A DNA stretch of 64,000 nt from an uncultured Rhodospirillaceae bacterium (lineage in GTDB: Bacteria; Pseudomonadota; Alphaproteobacteria; Rhodospirillales; Defluviicoccaceae), in the NCBI GenBank assembly GCA_964603915.1, contig CAZRWU010000001.1, positions 27,580-91,579 on the forward strand, written 5' to 3'. The notes beneath the pieces are model-generated. The model ran no database searches. It saw only the letters and a list, made by a program, of their open reading frames with translations, and was not told the DNA's origin. Made by a program: the position numbers and the translations under genes. This document shows, piece by piece, positions 49,535-58,921 of the stretch; the stretch's first letter is position 1; each line of letters opens with the position of its first letter.

Positions 49535-49987
49535 CTATCGTCTGGGATATTGCGTCTCCCGTAGCGTCTCGCGCGCGCGTCTCTCGAAGGCGTCGACCAT
49601 CATCTTGGCCGTGGTCGGCAGGACAACATCGATCCCTTTTTGTAGCAGGAACGATCGCGCCTGCCACCGCAATTGAATTTCGATTTGGCAACCTCCTTGC
49701 GCGGCAGCGAAGTTCCAGCGAATGAAAAACTCCCGGAACAGCCGGTCGGAGGACGATACGGTGATGGAGGAGGGATGAGTGAGGACCGTTTTTGTCTCGA
49801 AGCGCTCGCGGATCGGCCCGAAGCCGACTTCTTGTTCGGTGTAATACACCGACGGGCTCTCCCGCCGGCGAATGCGCGCCCACTTCCACATCGGCAGAAA
49901 CTCGGGATACCGCTCGACGTCGGCGACAAGATTGAACACCAGATCGACCGGGGCAAAGACAACCCGCGTTTCAGCATAGACGGTCAT
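49535..49987 (-). CDS. SRPBCC/START-fold protein of the RatA / COQ10 family
   Basis: ATG 49987 preceded by GGAGGAAGG. FNLVADVERYPEFLPMW is the family hallmark. Confidence 0.75.
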   Translation of the reverse strand: MTVYAETRVVFAPVDLVFNLVADVERYPEFLPMWKWARIRRRESPSVYYTEQEVGFGPIRERFETKTVLTHPSSITVSSSDRLFREFFIRWNFAAAQGGCQIEIQLRWQARSFLLQKGIDVVLPTTAKMMVDAFERRARETLRETQYPRR

Positions 49988-50254
49988 GGGCCTTCCTCCG
50001 CCGAACCGACGCCACTCCTCGTCGAGGATGTACGTTAGCCGCTCCGGCCACGCCGATCCAGACACCGGTGTCGGCGCCGCCACAAATCGAGCGAACGGCC
50101 GGCGATCTTCGCCCGGGTCGCGCGCCCGCTGGTGGCGACAGCCCCGCGCCGTGGTTTACCTGCGTTAATGATTGTATCGCTTCGGCGGGCGAGACTATCG
50201 TCGACAATCGGTCCGCAACGAGAGGAAGCGGACAGTTCTGCAAAGGAGGCAAAT

Positions 50255-50467
50255 ATGGCAAATGAAGATCGGAATCCGACGCTCGGCGGCAACCAAGGCG
50301 AAGGCAACCGCGAAGCGGCGCGAATTTACAATGAAGAACAAAAAAAATTCGTCGAGGAAGGAAAAGTAGAAGAAGGCGCCAAGGAGGCCAAGGCGGCTGT
50401 TGAAGGAGCTGAAGGAGCCGAGCTTAAAAAAGCTGAAGAAGAAGGCAAGAGCCACGCTAAAGAGTAA
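50255..50467 (+). CDS. Small hydrophilic Lys/Glu-rich protein
   Basis: 70 aa (MANEDRNPTLGGNQGEGNREAARIYNEEQKKFVEEGKVEEGAKEAK...). ATG 50255 is preceded by AAAGGAGG. Lies in a low-GC patch. Confidence 0.5.
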   Translation: MANEDRNPTLGGNQGEGNREAARIYNEEQKKFVEEGKVEEGAKEAKAAVEGAEGAELKKAEEEGKSHAKE

Positions 50468-50640
50468 TGATCACCTCCTATATGTGGCCGAAAAAGCTTC
50501 GCCGTTGACAGCTGCACTGCTCTTTCCGACACGTTCTTGATCTCGTGCTTTGACATTCCCGGCGTCGGAATGAAATGCTAAGCGTTTCTTTCTGTCGCCG
50601 GGCGCTTGTTTCATGACAGCGGTTAGCCATGTCATAGCAT

Positions 50641-51147
50641 ATGAACCGTGATGTCATCGTTGTCCTCGGCGCCGCTGTCTGGCCGGAGGGCAAGCCAAGC
50701 CCTTCCCTTGCGCGTCGCACGCGCCATGCCGCGCGCTTGTTTCATGAAGGCGTCGCCAAGCGACTGATCTTGAGTGGCGGCGTGAAGCGGCACCCGCCTG
50801 CGGAAGCCGTAGTGATGCGTGAAATCGCCCTGCGCGAAGGCGTTCCCCTCGGCAGCATCATCCTCGACGATCGGGCGCGAAACACCATCGCGACGGCGCG
50901 CAACTGCGCCGCCATCATGACGCAGCAAGGCATGCGAACCGCCGTCGTCGTGACCGACGGCTTTCACATGCCGCGTGCGCTTCTGATCTTCCGCTGGCTT
51001 GGCATCGAGGCGACAGGCAGCGCACCCGCTCGGGCCCGCCGGCAGGCGCCAAGCGCCAGCTTGATGGCGCACAGCCTTCGCGAAATCATCGCGGCGCCAT
51101 GGACGGTCTTACGGCTGCTGACCCGATTCAAAAGCGATCGATCCTGA
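50641..51147 (+). CDS. YdcF/DUF218 family protein
   Basis: 168 aa with VIVVLGAAVWPEGKPSPSL...LILSGG...VVVTDGFHMPRA. Confidence 0.75.
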   Translation: MNRDVIVVLGAAVWPEGKPSPSLARRTRHAARLFHEGVAKRLILSGGVKRHPPAEAVVMREIALREGVPLGSIILDDRARNTIATARNCAAIMTQQGMRTAVVVTDGFHMPRALLIFRWLGIEATGSAPARARRQAPSASLMAHSLREIIAAPWTVLRLLTRFKSDRS

Positions 51148-51221
51148 ACCGAAGCTTCGCTCTTCTGAACCCGCGCATCTCTTTGCGGCTTGCCGCCCGG
51201 GGATCTGGCGAAGGCGTCGGA

Positions 51222-51773
51222 TCAGAACGGAATGGCGTAGGTCAGATAGATCTCTTCTTCGCCGGGATTGGTGTCATGAATGTTTTTATTGGAAATATGC
51301 GCGACATTGAGGCCCAGCCGGTGGCGGTTTTCGAACTGGTAGCTGAGACCGAGCGACAGGCGAAACTGAAAAACGCCGCCGAGATCGCTGCTGTCGCCCT
51401 GGCGGTAGCCGCCAAGAGCAGCAAGCGGCGTTACGACGAAGTTGCCGTAGGCGATATCCGCATAGACGCCGCCATAGCCGAACACGCCACCGTCGGTATT
51501 GGCGACCAGGCCGGCGGCGGGGCCCAGGAACCACAGCTTCTTCCCGGCGCGCAGCTCCAGGCGACCGGCGGCGGAACGCTCGCTGCGTTCGAATGGCTCT
51601 CGGAAATCGAAAACGCCAACCCCGACATCGAAATAATGTGGCGCGGCGCCGCGCACCGAAAGGCCGCCCCAGCGGACAAAATCGTTCTCTTGCGACTGGG
51701 CGAGGACGCTCGAGGAAACCAGTGTCATCCCTACGATGGCCGCGGCGGCCGTTGTTCCTACCGGGTGCGCCAT
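51222..51773 (-). CDS. Acyloxyacyl hydrolase (PagL-like lipid A deacylase family)
   Basis: ATG 51773 preceded by GGGGGAGGGG. Signal peptide present. C-terminal HISNKNIHDTNPGEEEIYLTYAIPF. Confidence 0.7.
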   Translation of the reverse strand: MAHPVGTTAAAAIVGMTLVSSSVLAQSQENDFVRWGGLSVRGAAPHYFDVGVGVFDFREPFERSERSAAGRLELRAGKKLWFLGPAAGLVANTDGGVFGYGGVYADIAYGNFVVTPLAALGGYRQGDSSDLGGVFQFRLSLGLSYQFENRHRLGLNVAHISNKNIHDTNPGEEEIYLTYAIPF

Positions 51774-51809
51774 TATCCCCTCCCCCAATAAAGTTGTATG
51801 AAAAAGCTC

Positions 51810-52904
51810 TTATACCCTTTCTGGGTACAACGCGCCAAGTCCGCTTTCGGATGCCGCGCATACGCCTCTTTCGGTGACGAGGCCGGTTATGAGCCGAGAC
51901 GGCGTTACGTCAAACGCATAGTTGGCTGCTGAAGTTCCTGCGGGCGTGATCTCAACCGGAATGATTTCACCGCTCGCCGATCGCCCAACGACGTGGGTGA
52001 CCTCGTTGGCGTCGCGTTGCTCGATCGGAACCTCGGCGATGCCGTCCCGAATCGTCCAGTCAATAGTCGGTCCCGGAAGCGCGACATAGAACGGCACGCC
52101 GGTGTCCGCCGCGGCGAGCGCTTTCAGGTACGTGCCGATCTTGTTGCAGACGTCGCCACAACGGGTGGTTCGATCGGTGCCGGTAATGCACAGATCGACG
52201 AGACCCCGCTGCATGAGATGGCCGCCCGCATTGTCGACAATAACGGTATGGGGAACGCCGTGCTGCCCCAGTTCCCATGCCGTGAGGGACGCGCCCTGGT
52301 TGCGCGGCCGCGTCTCGTCGGCCCAGACATGGACGGGAATGCCGACATCGTGCGCTTTATAAATGGGCGCCAGCGCCGTTCCCCAGTCGACGGTGGCAAG
52401 CCAGCCGGCGTTGCAGTGGGTCAGGATATTGAGCCGCTCCGCTTGCCCTTTCTTCTCCCAGATTCGGCGCAGGAGGCCAAGGCCGTGGTCGCCGATCGCG
52501 GCGTTGATGGCGACATCCTCATCGCAGATCTCGGCGCAGCGCCGATAGGCGGCCTCGACGCGCCGCTCGGCGGGAAGTTGGGTCATGACGGCCATCATCT
52601 CGTCGAGCGCCCAGCGCAGATTGACCGCCGTGGGACGCGTCGCCAGCAAGGTTGCATAAGCGGCTTCCAAGGCCGCGATCGACGAGTCGCGCCTTACCGC
52701 CAGGCAAAGCCCATACGCCGCCGTCGCTCCGATCAACGGCGCTCCGCGGACCATCATGGTGGCGATGGCGTGGGCCGCATCCGCGGCCGTCTCGAGACGA
52801 ACGACGGCAAACTCGTGAGGCAGCCGGGTCTGATCGATGATTTGAACCGCCCAGCCGTCCTCGGCGAGCCAGATGCTGCGATAATGGCGCCCTCGCACTC
52901 TCAT
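51810..52904 (-). CDS. mtnA: S-methyl-5-thioribose-1-phosphate isomerase
   Basis: 364 aa. eIF-2B/MtnA family pattern ([40 protein letters not shown]). Confidence 0.9.
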   Translation of the reverse strand: MRVRGRHYRSIWLAEDGWAVQIIDQTRLPHEFAVVRLETAADAAHAIATMMVRGAPLIGATAAYGLCLAVRRDSSIAALEAAYATLLATRPTAVNLRWALDEMMAVMTQLPAERRVEAAYRRCAEICDEDVAINAAIGDHGLGLLRRIWEKKGQAERLNILTHCNAGWLATVDWGTALAPIYKAHDVGIPVHVWADETRPRNQGASLTAWELGQHGVPHTVIVDNAGGHLMQRGLVDLCITGTDRTTRCGDVCNKIGTYLKALAAADTGVPFYVALPGPTIDWTIRDGIAEVPIEQRDANEVTHVVGRSASGEIIPVEITPAGTSAANYAFDVTPSRLITGLVTERGVCAASESGLGALYPERV

Positions 52905-52911
52905 GCCGGCA

Positions 52912-53796
52912 TTACTTCAAGATTCGCCCGGCGACGGCGTCAAGACGCGCCACCACTTCAGGATCGCGGGCGTGCGGGGCGGTGATGAGGGCGTTTCCCA
53001 GCGCGGCGTGGCAGCCTTGGCCGCACGACACGGTCCGTTCCGAAAGCTTGGGCGCCACCCGTGCGACAAGGGCCCGTCCCTTCTCGGCATTCTCCATCAG
53101 CACGCGGATAATGGCCTCGACGGTGACGTGATCGTGATCCGGATGCCAGCAGTCATAGTCCGTCACCATCGCCACGGTGGCGTAACACATCTCCGCCTCG
53201 CGGGCGAGCTTGGCTTCGGGCATGTTGGTCATGCCGATGACGTCGCAGCCCCAGGATCGGTAAAGGCGCGATTCGGCGAGCGTCGAGAACTGCGGTCCTT
53301 CCATGACAAGGTAGGTGCCGCCGCGAACCGTCTTGATGCCCAATTCCGAAGCGGCGTTTTCCAGCGAGTCGCTCAGCCGGCCGCAGACGGGATGCCCCAT
53401 CGCCACATGCGCGACGAGGCCGGCGCCGAAAAAGCTTTTGACCCGGCCGAATGTGCGATCGATGAACTGATCGACGATGACGAAGGTGCCGGGATCCAGT
53501 TCCTCCTTCAGCGAGCCGCAGGCGCTCAAGGAAATCACCTCGGTCACGCCCATGCGCTTCAAGACGTCGATGTTGGCGCGGTTGTTCAGGTCGCTGGGCG
53601 AAATCGGATGTCCACGGCCATGGCGCGGCAGAAAGACCATCTTGAGGCCGTTCAGGAAACCGACCAGAACCTCGTCCGACGGCTTGCCGAAAGGCGATGA
53701 CACCGGCATCCACGCCGCGCCATCCAGACCTTCCAGTTCGTAAATCCCACTGCCGCCGATGACGCCGACCACCGGCGGGGTGCCAAGTGCGACCAT
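52912..53796 (-). CDS. mtnP: S-methyl-5'-thioadenosine phosphorylase
   Basis: ATG 53796 preceded by AAAGGAGCGAGGGG. Motifs seen: [33 protein letters not shown]. Confidence 0.9.
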   Translation of the reverse strand: MVALGTPPVVGVIGGSGIYELEGLDGAAWMPVSSPFGKPSDEVLVGFLNGLKMVFLPRHGRGHPISPSDLNNRANIDVLKRMGVTEVISLSACGSLKEELDPGTFVIVDQFIDRTFGRVKSFFGAGLVAHVAMGHPVCGRLSDSLENAASELGIKTVRGGTYLVMEGPQFSTLAESRLYRSWGCDVIGMTNMPEAKLAREAEMCYATVAMVTDYDCWHPDHDHVTVEAIIRVLMENAEKGRALVARVAPKLSERTVSCGQGCHAALGNALITAPHARDPEVVARLDAVAGRILK

Positions 53797-53830
53797 CCCC
53801 TCGCTCCTTTCGCCCGCCTTTATTCCAGTT

Positions 53831-54901
53831 TTATCCCTTCTCCGCAATGTCGCCCTGTCCCTCAAGACGATCTCCCGCTGCCGCGCCGCTCCGGCCAATC
53901 CCGTGCTTCTTCAAGCGATTGCGGAACTGGTGATAAGCCAGCCCGAGACTGCGCGCCGCGGCCCTCTGGTTGTACCGTGCGGCGGCAAGCGCTTGGGTCA
54001 GAAGATCGGCCTCGAAACGCGCCACAGCGGCATCAAGGTCAAGGGGCTGAAACCTCGCCTCGGGCGCGCCTTCCCTCGGCTGGATGTTCGCTTGGCGGAC
54101 AGCCTTGCGAGGCCGATAGGGCGAGGCGAACGGGTCGAATACGATACGGTCGATCGGCGCGTTGGGTTTGTCCCACTGATAGACGGCGCGTTCAACCACA
54201 TTTCTCAGTTCGCGGACATTGCCGGGCCATGCATAAGCGACCAACGACGCCATGGCGTTTTCGGAAAACGACGGCGCTGTCCGCCACGCCAGCTCCGCCG
54301 CCATGGCGCGGGCGAAATGTCCCGCGATCAAGGGAATGTCGTCGCGGCGCGCGCGCAATGGCGGCACCGTGACGACATCGAAGGCTAGACGATCGAGAAG
54401 ATCGTGGCGGAAGCGACCAGCGGCCGCTTCGCTCGGCAGATCGACGTTGGTGGCGGCGACAATGCGCACATCGCAGCGCTCCGTGGCGCTGCTCCCGACG
54501 CGCTCGAACACGCCGTATTCAACGACCCGAAGAAGCTTCTCCTGAACCGGCAATCCGGCGTCGGCGATCTCATCGAGAAACAGGGTTCCGCCATCGGCGC
54601 GCTCGAAACGGCCGGCGCGGCGACGAACGGCGCCGGTGAAGGCGCCCGCTTCGTGGCCGAAAAGCTCTGTCTCAAGCAGTGATTCGGGCAAAGCCGCGCA
54701 GTTCACCTTAACCAAGGGCCGGTTCCAACGGGCGGAAAGGTAATGGAGCCGAGCCGCGACAAGCTCCTTGCCGGTACCTCTCTCCCCAATCACCAGAACG
54801 GGCCGGTCGAGCGCGGCAAGCCGGGAAACCTGCTCCATGGCCTCAAGAAACGAGCGCGACTGCCCGATCAGAGGGGGAAGATCGTCAGCGGAACGAACCA
54901 T
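53831..54901 (-). CDS. pspF: Sigma-54-dependent transcriptional activator PspF
   Basis: AAA+ domain without a receiver domain. Motifs seen: LIGQSRSFLEAMEQVSRLA, GERGTGKE, GAFTGA, and a C-terminal Fis-type HTH. Start set at ATG 54901 because the upstream part of the ORF is AT-rich with non-genomic codon usage. Confidence 0.85.
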   Translation of the reverse strand: MVRSADDLPPLIGQSRSFLEAMEQVSRLAALDRPVLVIGERGTGKELVAARLHYLSARWNRPLVKVNCAALPESLLETELFGHEAGAFTGAVRRRAGRFERADGGTLFLDEIADAGLPVQEKLLRVVEYGVFERVGSSATERCDVRIVAATNVDLPSEAAAGRFRHDLLDRLAFDVVTVPPLRARRDDIPLIAGHFARAMAAELAWRTAPSFSENAMASLVAYAWPGNVRELRNVVERAVYQWDKPNAPIDRIVFDPFASPYRPRKAVRQANIQPREGAPEARFQPLDLDAAVARFEADLLTQALAAARYNQRAAARSLGLAYHQFRNRLKKHGIGRSGAAAGDRLEGQGDIAEKG

Positions 54902-55034
54902 GTTTCCATCATTTATGAAAATGTTGGCAAAATATATTAACTGTTCGCCAATATAGGCAACTCGCAAATCCTTGTGCGCCCGCGTCTCCAGAATTTCTTT
55001 CATGATTTCAGACGAATAACCCCATCGTCCGGAT

Positions 55035-55049
55035 TGGCACGCACCTTGC
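55035..55049 (+). promoter_or_regulatory. Sigma-54 (-24/-12) promoter of pspABC
   Basis: TGGCAC-GCACC-TTGC, an exact match to TGGCAC-N5-TTGC, lies 68 nt upstream of the pspA ATG and faces pspA. Confidence 0.75.
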
Positions 55050-55116
55050 GTTGGTGTTGCCGAACGCCGGTCGGCAACGTCGGCAAGGACCACGCCAAGA
55101 AAGGAAGGACATCGTC

Positions 55117-55800
55117 ATGGGCGTGTTTTCGCGGCTCACCGACATCATCAATTCCAACGTCAATGCGATTCTCGACAGGGCCGAAGATCCTCAGAAGATC
55201 ATCCGTTTGATCGTGCAGGAAATGGAGGAAACGCTGGTGGAGGTCCGTTCCGCCGCGGCGCGCACGATTGCCGAACGCAAGGAGATCGACCGTCGTTTGC
55301 GGCGCATTCAGGAGGCCCAGGCAGAATGGGACCGCAAGGCGGAGATCGCCCTGCGCAAAGGGCGAGAGGACCTCTCCCGCGCCGCGCTGATCGAGAAGTC
55401 CAAGCTGAACGCGACGGCAAAGGCGCTGCAAGAGGAGCTTGAGGCCCTTGAGAGCACCCTGCACCGCGGCGAGGAAGATATCGCCAAGCTGGAAGCCAAA
55501 CTCCGCGAGGCGAAGGCCAAACAAAAAGTTCTGCTGACTCGGGAAAAGGCGGCCAGCAACAGGCTGCGGGTGCGCAAGCAGACATATGACCCGCGTGTCG
55601 ATAACGCTTTTGCTCGATTCGAAAGTCTCGAGCGGCGGATTGAACGAGCGGAAGGCGAGGTCGAAGCCTTCGATTTGGGACAGCGCAAGACGCTTGCCGA
55701 GGAAATCGCCAATCTTGAGGCCGATCAGGCGATTGAGGCCGAGCTTGATGCATTGAAGGCGCGAATCGCGGGGCGCGTCACGCCGACCGAGCAATCCTGA
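55117..55800 (+). CDS. pspA: Phage shock protein A
   Basis: ATG 55117 preceded by AAAGGAAGGA. MGVFSRLTDIINSNVNAILDRAEDPQKIIRLIVQEMEETLVEVRS parallels E. coli PspA. Confidence 0.9.
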   Translation: MGVFSRLTDIINSNVNAILDRAEDPQKIIRLIVQEMEETLVEVRSAAARTIAERKEIDRRLRRIQEAQAEWDRKAEIALRKGREDLSRAALIEKSKLNATAKALQEELEALESTLHRGEEDIAKLEAKLREAKAKQKVLLTREKAASNRLRVRKQTYDPRVDNAFARFESLERRIERAEGEVEAFDLGQRKTLAEEIANLEADQAIEAELDALKARIAGRVTPTEQS

Positions 55801-55826
55801 CCGGAACCGCCAAGGAGATTGGCCCA

Positions 55827-56054
55827 ATGCCCGATGGCATGTTCGGGTTGCTGATCGTCTTCCTGATTTTCGTCGCGCCGATCTGGATCATCGCCCATTA
55901 CGTGACCCGCTGGCGGACGGCCAAGGTGCTGTCCGCCGAGGATGAACGAATGCTCGCCGAGCTATGGGAAATGGCGCCGAAACTGGAGAGTCGGATCAAT
56001 ACCCTCGAGCGTATTCTCGACGTTGAAGCACCGGAATGGAGGAAGCAGATATGA
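55827..56054 (+). CDS. pspB: Envelope stress response membrane protein PspB
   Basis: 75 aa with a single TM helix followed by LSAEDERMLAELWEMAPKLESRINTLERILD. Confidence 0.85.
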   Translation: MPDGMFGLLIVFLIFVAPIWIIAHYVTRWRTAKVLSAEDERMLAELWEMAPKLESRINTLERILDVEAPEWRKQI

Positions 56055-56482
56055 CGGACGATGGCCGCGAAAGCGACGACTGGGATGCGATCAGCCGCAG
56101 CGCGGCCGCCAGTCCCAACCGCCTCTACCGCGACGCCAATAACCGATTTATTATGGGCGTCTGCGCGGGAATCGCGGCGTACTTCGGAATCAACCCATGG
56201 GCCGTCCGCTTGCTTGCGATCGTCGGCCTTGTGATGTTTACGCCGCCGACGATCGTCGCCTACTTCATTGTTGCGTTGATCCTGCCCAAGGCTCCGCGCC
56301 GCCTCTACCGGTCCCCCAGCGAAGAGCGCTTCTGGACGGAAGTGCGCGTCGATCCGGCGCAATCATTTTCCGAACTGCGCCATCGCTTCCGTGGGCTTGA
56401 TCACCGCCTGCGTCACATCGAGACCTATGTGACCTCGGAGGCATACAGGATCAACAAGGAGATCAAGGACTTGGAGCGCTGA
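56051..56482 (+). CDS. pspC: Envelope stress response membrane protein PspC
   Basis: ATG 56051 overlaps the pspB stop (ATGA). RLYRDANNRFIMGVCAGIAAYFGINPWAVRLLAIV is the PspC domain. Confidence 0.85.
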   Translation: MTDDGRESDDWDAISRSAAASPNRLYRDANNRFIMGVCAGIAAYFGINPWAVRLLAIVGLVMFTPPTIVAYFIVALILPKAPRRLYRSPSEERFWTEVRVDPAQSFSELRHRFRGLDHRLRHIETYVTSEAYRINKEIKDLER

Positions 56483-56657
56483 GCGGCTAAGCGGCGCGCA
56501 CGTGCGGCTTCAGGGGGCGTCATGAGCGCCGCGCCGCCATCGCCTCCTGACGGCGGCGCGCGATATCCATGCCGCCCGTCATGCGGTAGAATAGACAAAG
56601 GCGCCCCCGAGTCCGGTCGCGCTCGGAAAACCCGCAGATTGGCGGCGCCGATCGGAC

Positions 56658-58052
56658 CTATGCGGCTCCTCCGCGCGTTTCCTCATGAACCACCGGCAAG
56701 TCCAGCTGCCGCCATGCCTTCATGCCTCCCAGCAGATTGAAGACTTGCCGATAGCCATGCCGCTTCAGGATGCTCACGCCGAGGCTTGCGCGATGGCCGA
56801 CGCTGCACGTAACGGCGACCGGCCTTGCCGGATCAAGCTTCTGACGAAGATCGCCGAGCCGTCCCTCGAGATGGCCGACATAAGTATGAACAGCTCCGGC
56901 AATATGGCCGGATTCAAACTCCGAGATCTCCCGGACATCGAGAACCGCGCAATCGCCGTGTTCGGCGAGCTGCCGGGGAGCGATGGCGACGGCGAATTCG
57001 ATAGGGAGTCCCTTGTTCCGCCACGCCTCGAAGCCGCCGGCCAACGCCCCGGTCACTCCGTCGATCCCCTGTCTTGCCAGGTAGAGCGTGGCGCTGCGTT
57101 GCGCTTCGGGCCCATCGACGACGAGATAGACTTTGGTGTCGCGGCCCGCGACCCAGCCGCCAAACATCGCCAAGCCGCTCAGCCAAATGCTGTACGAGCC
57201 GGGAATATGACCGCCAGCGAACGCTTCGGGCAGCCGCGTGTCGATGACGATGCCGTCGCCGCACGCGGTTTCAAAATCCTCCGGCTGTAGCAGCCGGACG
57301 CTTTCCGGACGCGTTGCGAGGGGCCGTCCCCCCTCCAGGTTCACTTCCTCCATCAACCTGAAGTAAGGTGGCCGCGGTATGCGATCCTGCAAGCGACTGC
57401 GGATGAATGCATCGCGGTCCATGATGAGCGCGGCATTGCTGATCTTCTCGATACCCAGGGTCGAATGATCGCGGTCGGCGACATTGCCGCCGCAGACCGT
57501 TCCCGATCCGTGCGCCGGCAGGACCAGAGCCTGATCGCCAAGAGACACAATCTTGTTCCGGATTGAATCGAAAAGAATGCCGGCATTCGCCGCCGTCTCC
57601 TCCTCGGCGGGGAGATCCGTTCGGCCGGCGTCGCCGAGGAACAGCGCGTCTCCCGTGAAGACCCCCCAGGCAAGATCAGGAGCCTCCCCGAGGTAGACGG
57701 CATAGCTCATGCTCTCCGGCGTGTGACCCGGGGTGTGTAACGCCTTGAACGTCAACCCACCGAGCTGAAGCGTCTCGCCGTCCTTCAAGCGGATATCGCT
57801 GTGAGCGAAAAGCGGATGCTCGCCACTGACGATTCGCGCGCCCGTAATCCTCCGCAATTCGGCCGAGCCCAGTTCGAAATCCTCTTGGCGGTGCGTTTCG
57901 ATCACGAATTCAAGGCTGAGATCTTGGGCAGTGAGCATGCCAAGATAGTCATCGACATCCCGGCGCGGATCGACGATGGCGGCGCGTCCGCTATCGGCGA
58001 TGATGTAAGCGACGTGGGCGATCCCCGGCGTCTTGATGCGCTCAAAAATCAT
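56658..58052 (-). CDS. MBL-fold hydrolase fused to two rhodanese domains (persulfide dioxygenase-sulfurtransferase-like)
   Basis: 464 aa. MBL part contains ETHRQEDF and HTPGHTPES. The first rhodanese domain lacks the catalytic Cys. The second has the CSVGHR active-site loop. Confidence 0.8.
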   Translation of the reverse strand: MIFERIKTPGIAHVAYIIADSGRAAIVDPRRDVDDYLGMLTAQDLSLEFVIETHRQEDFELGSAELRRITGARIVSGEHPLFAHSDIRLKDGETLQLGGLTFKALHTPGHTPESMSYAVYLGEAPDLAWGVFTGDALFLGDAGRTDLPAEEETAANAGILFDSIRNKIVSLGDQALVLPAHGSGTVCGGNVADRDHSTLGIEKISNAALIMDRDAFIRSRLQDRIPRPPYFRLMEEVNLEGGRPLATRPESVRLLQPEDFETACGDGIVIDTRLPEAFAGGHIPGSYSIWLSGLAMFGGWVAGRDTKVYLVVDGPEAQRSATLYLARQGIDGVTGALAGGFEAWRNKGLPIEFAVAIAPRQLAEHGDCAVLDVREISEFESGHIAGAVHTYVGHLEGRLGDLRQKLDPARPVAVTCSVGHRASLGVSILKRHGYRQVFNLLGGMKAWRQLDLPVVHEETRGGAA

Positions 58053-58236
58053 GGGCTATCCGCTCTCCTTGTAGCCGCCCCTCCGCTCCTAACCGCCCGA
58101 GCGTCAAAGTCGTATCGGCGACCGACCGTTCCGAAAACCTCCTAGACGCCGCCGTACGCCACCTGTCCAGGCGCCCGGACAAAGCACGCGCAAGCCCCCA
58201 TCGATGCCGAAAGGCTGCATCGCGCTCACCGAAACG

Positions 58237-58698
58237 CTACTGCGTCTCGATCTTCTCTCCATCCGGACCCACCAAATGCCAGCCACCGCCGAAGCCGAGG
58301 TTTTGGTGCCCGGTGGCGTCGCCAGCGGCGGCGTCTTGGATGAAATAGTAAAGAGGCGAGCCGCCGTAGGTCACCTGGATGGCGCCGTCCTTGCGCTCCG
58401 TCGTCCCCAGCTTGTCGGCGTCGACGCCTTCTCCGGCGACGGGTTCACCTTCGGTCAAAACCGGCGGCCATGCCAACGCGCACGCGTCATAACAGGTGCT
58501 CTCGTTGTCCCTGTCGGCGGTAAACAGATAAACCGAACGCTCCGCGTCGGCGGTCAGGTGTTCTCCAAATGCCTCGGTCGTCCGGATGTCGATCGTGACC
58601 GGTTCTTCTGCAGAGGCGAGCGTTGTCGCCGCAACCATGAGCCCAAGCGCCACAGCCCCGGTCTTGATACCCGCCTTGAATACAGTCCTCATCGCCAT
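58237..58698 (-). CDS. Secreted/lipoprotein COG4315 family protein (Yx(FWY)xxD repeat type)
   Basis: Signal peptide, then two repeats (SVYLFTADRDNESTCYDACALAWPP and SPLYYFIQDAAAGDATGH). The start is either 58698 or 58692. Confidence 0.7.
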   Translation of the reverse strand: MAMRTVFKAGIKTGAVALGLMVAATTLASAEEPVTIDIRTTEAFGEHLTADAERSVYLFTADRDNESTCYDACALAWPPVLTEGEPVAGEGVDADKLGTTERKDGAIQVTYGGSPLYYFIQDAAAGDATGHQNLGFGGGWHLVGPDGEKIETQ

Positions 58699-58921
58699 AC
58701 CCCTCTTTGCTGATCGTCGTTGCCATGGCAGATCAACGACCTTGGCATTTTCAAGGTTCCCGACAATCCGCCGCCAGCCATGGCGGATGTTCCACGCTGG
58801 CTTATCATTTCTTGACGGCGCCGTCATTGCCTGCGTGGGGGCGGTCACGCTCATCGCTTTCCGGCGCCTGTTCACCCGATCTCACGGAATTCCGCCGAAT
58901 GGAGGCAACCGCGTCGCTTGC

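Noticed and set aside
56530-56560. 9-bp GC hairpin (CGCGCCGCC / GGCGGCGCG) between pspC and the MBL-rhodanese gene
   Set aside because: It has no U-tract on either strand, and such GC palindromes are common in this composition. At most it is a weak bidirectional terminator.
56658-58052. The idea that the rhodanese fusion substitutes for PspE as part of the psp operon
   Set aside because: The gene is convergent to pspC, so it is a separate transcript. It is cytoplasmic and multidomain, unlike the small periplasmic PspE. The adjacency is probably coincidental.
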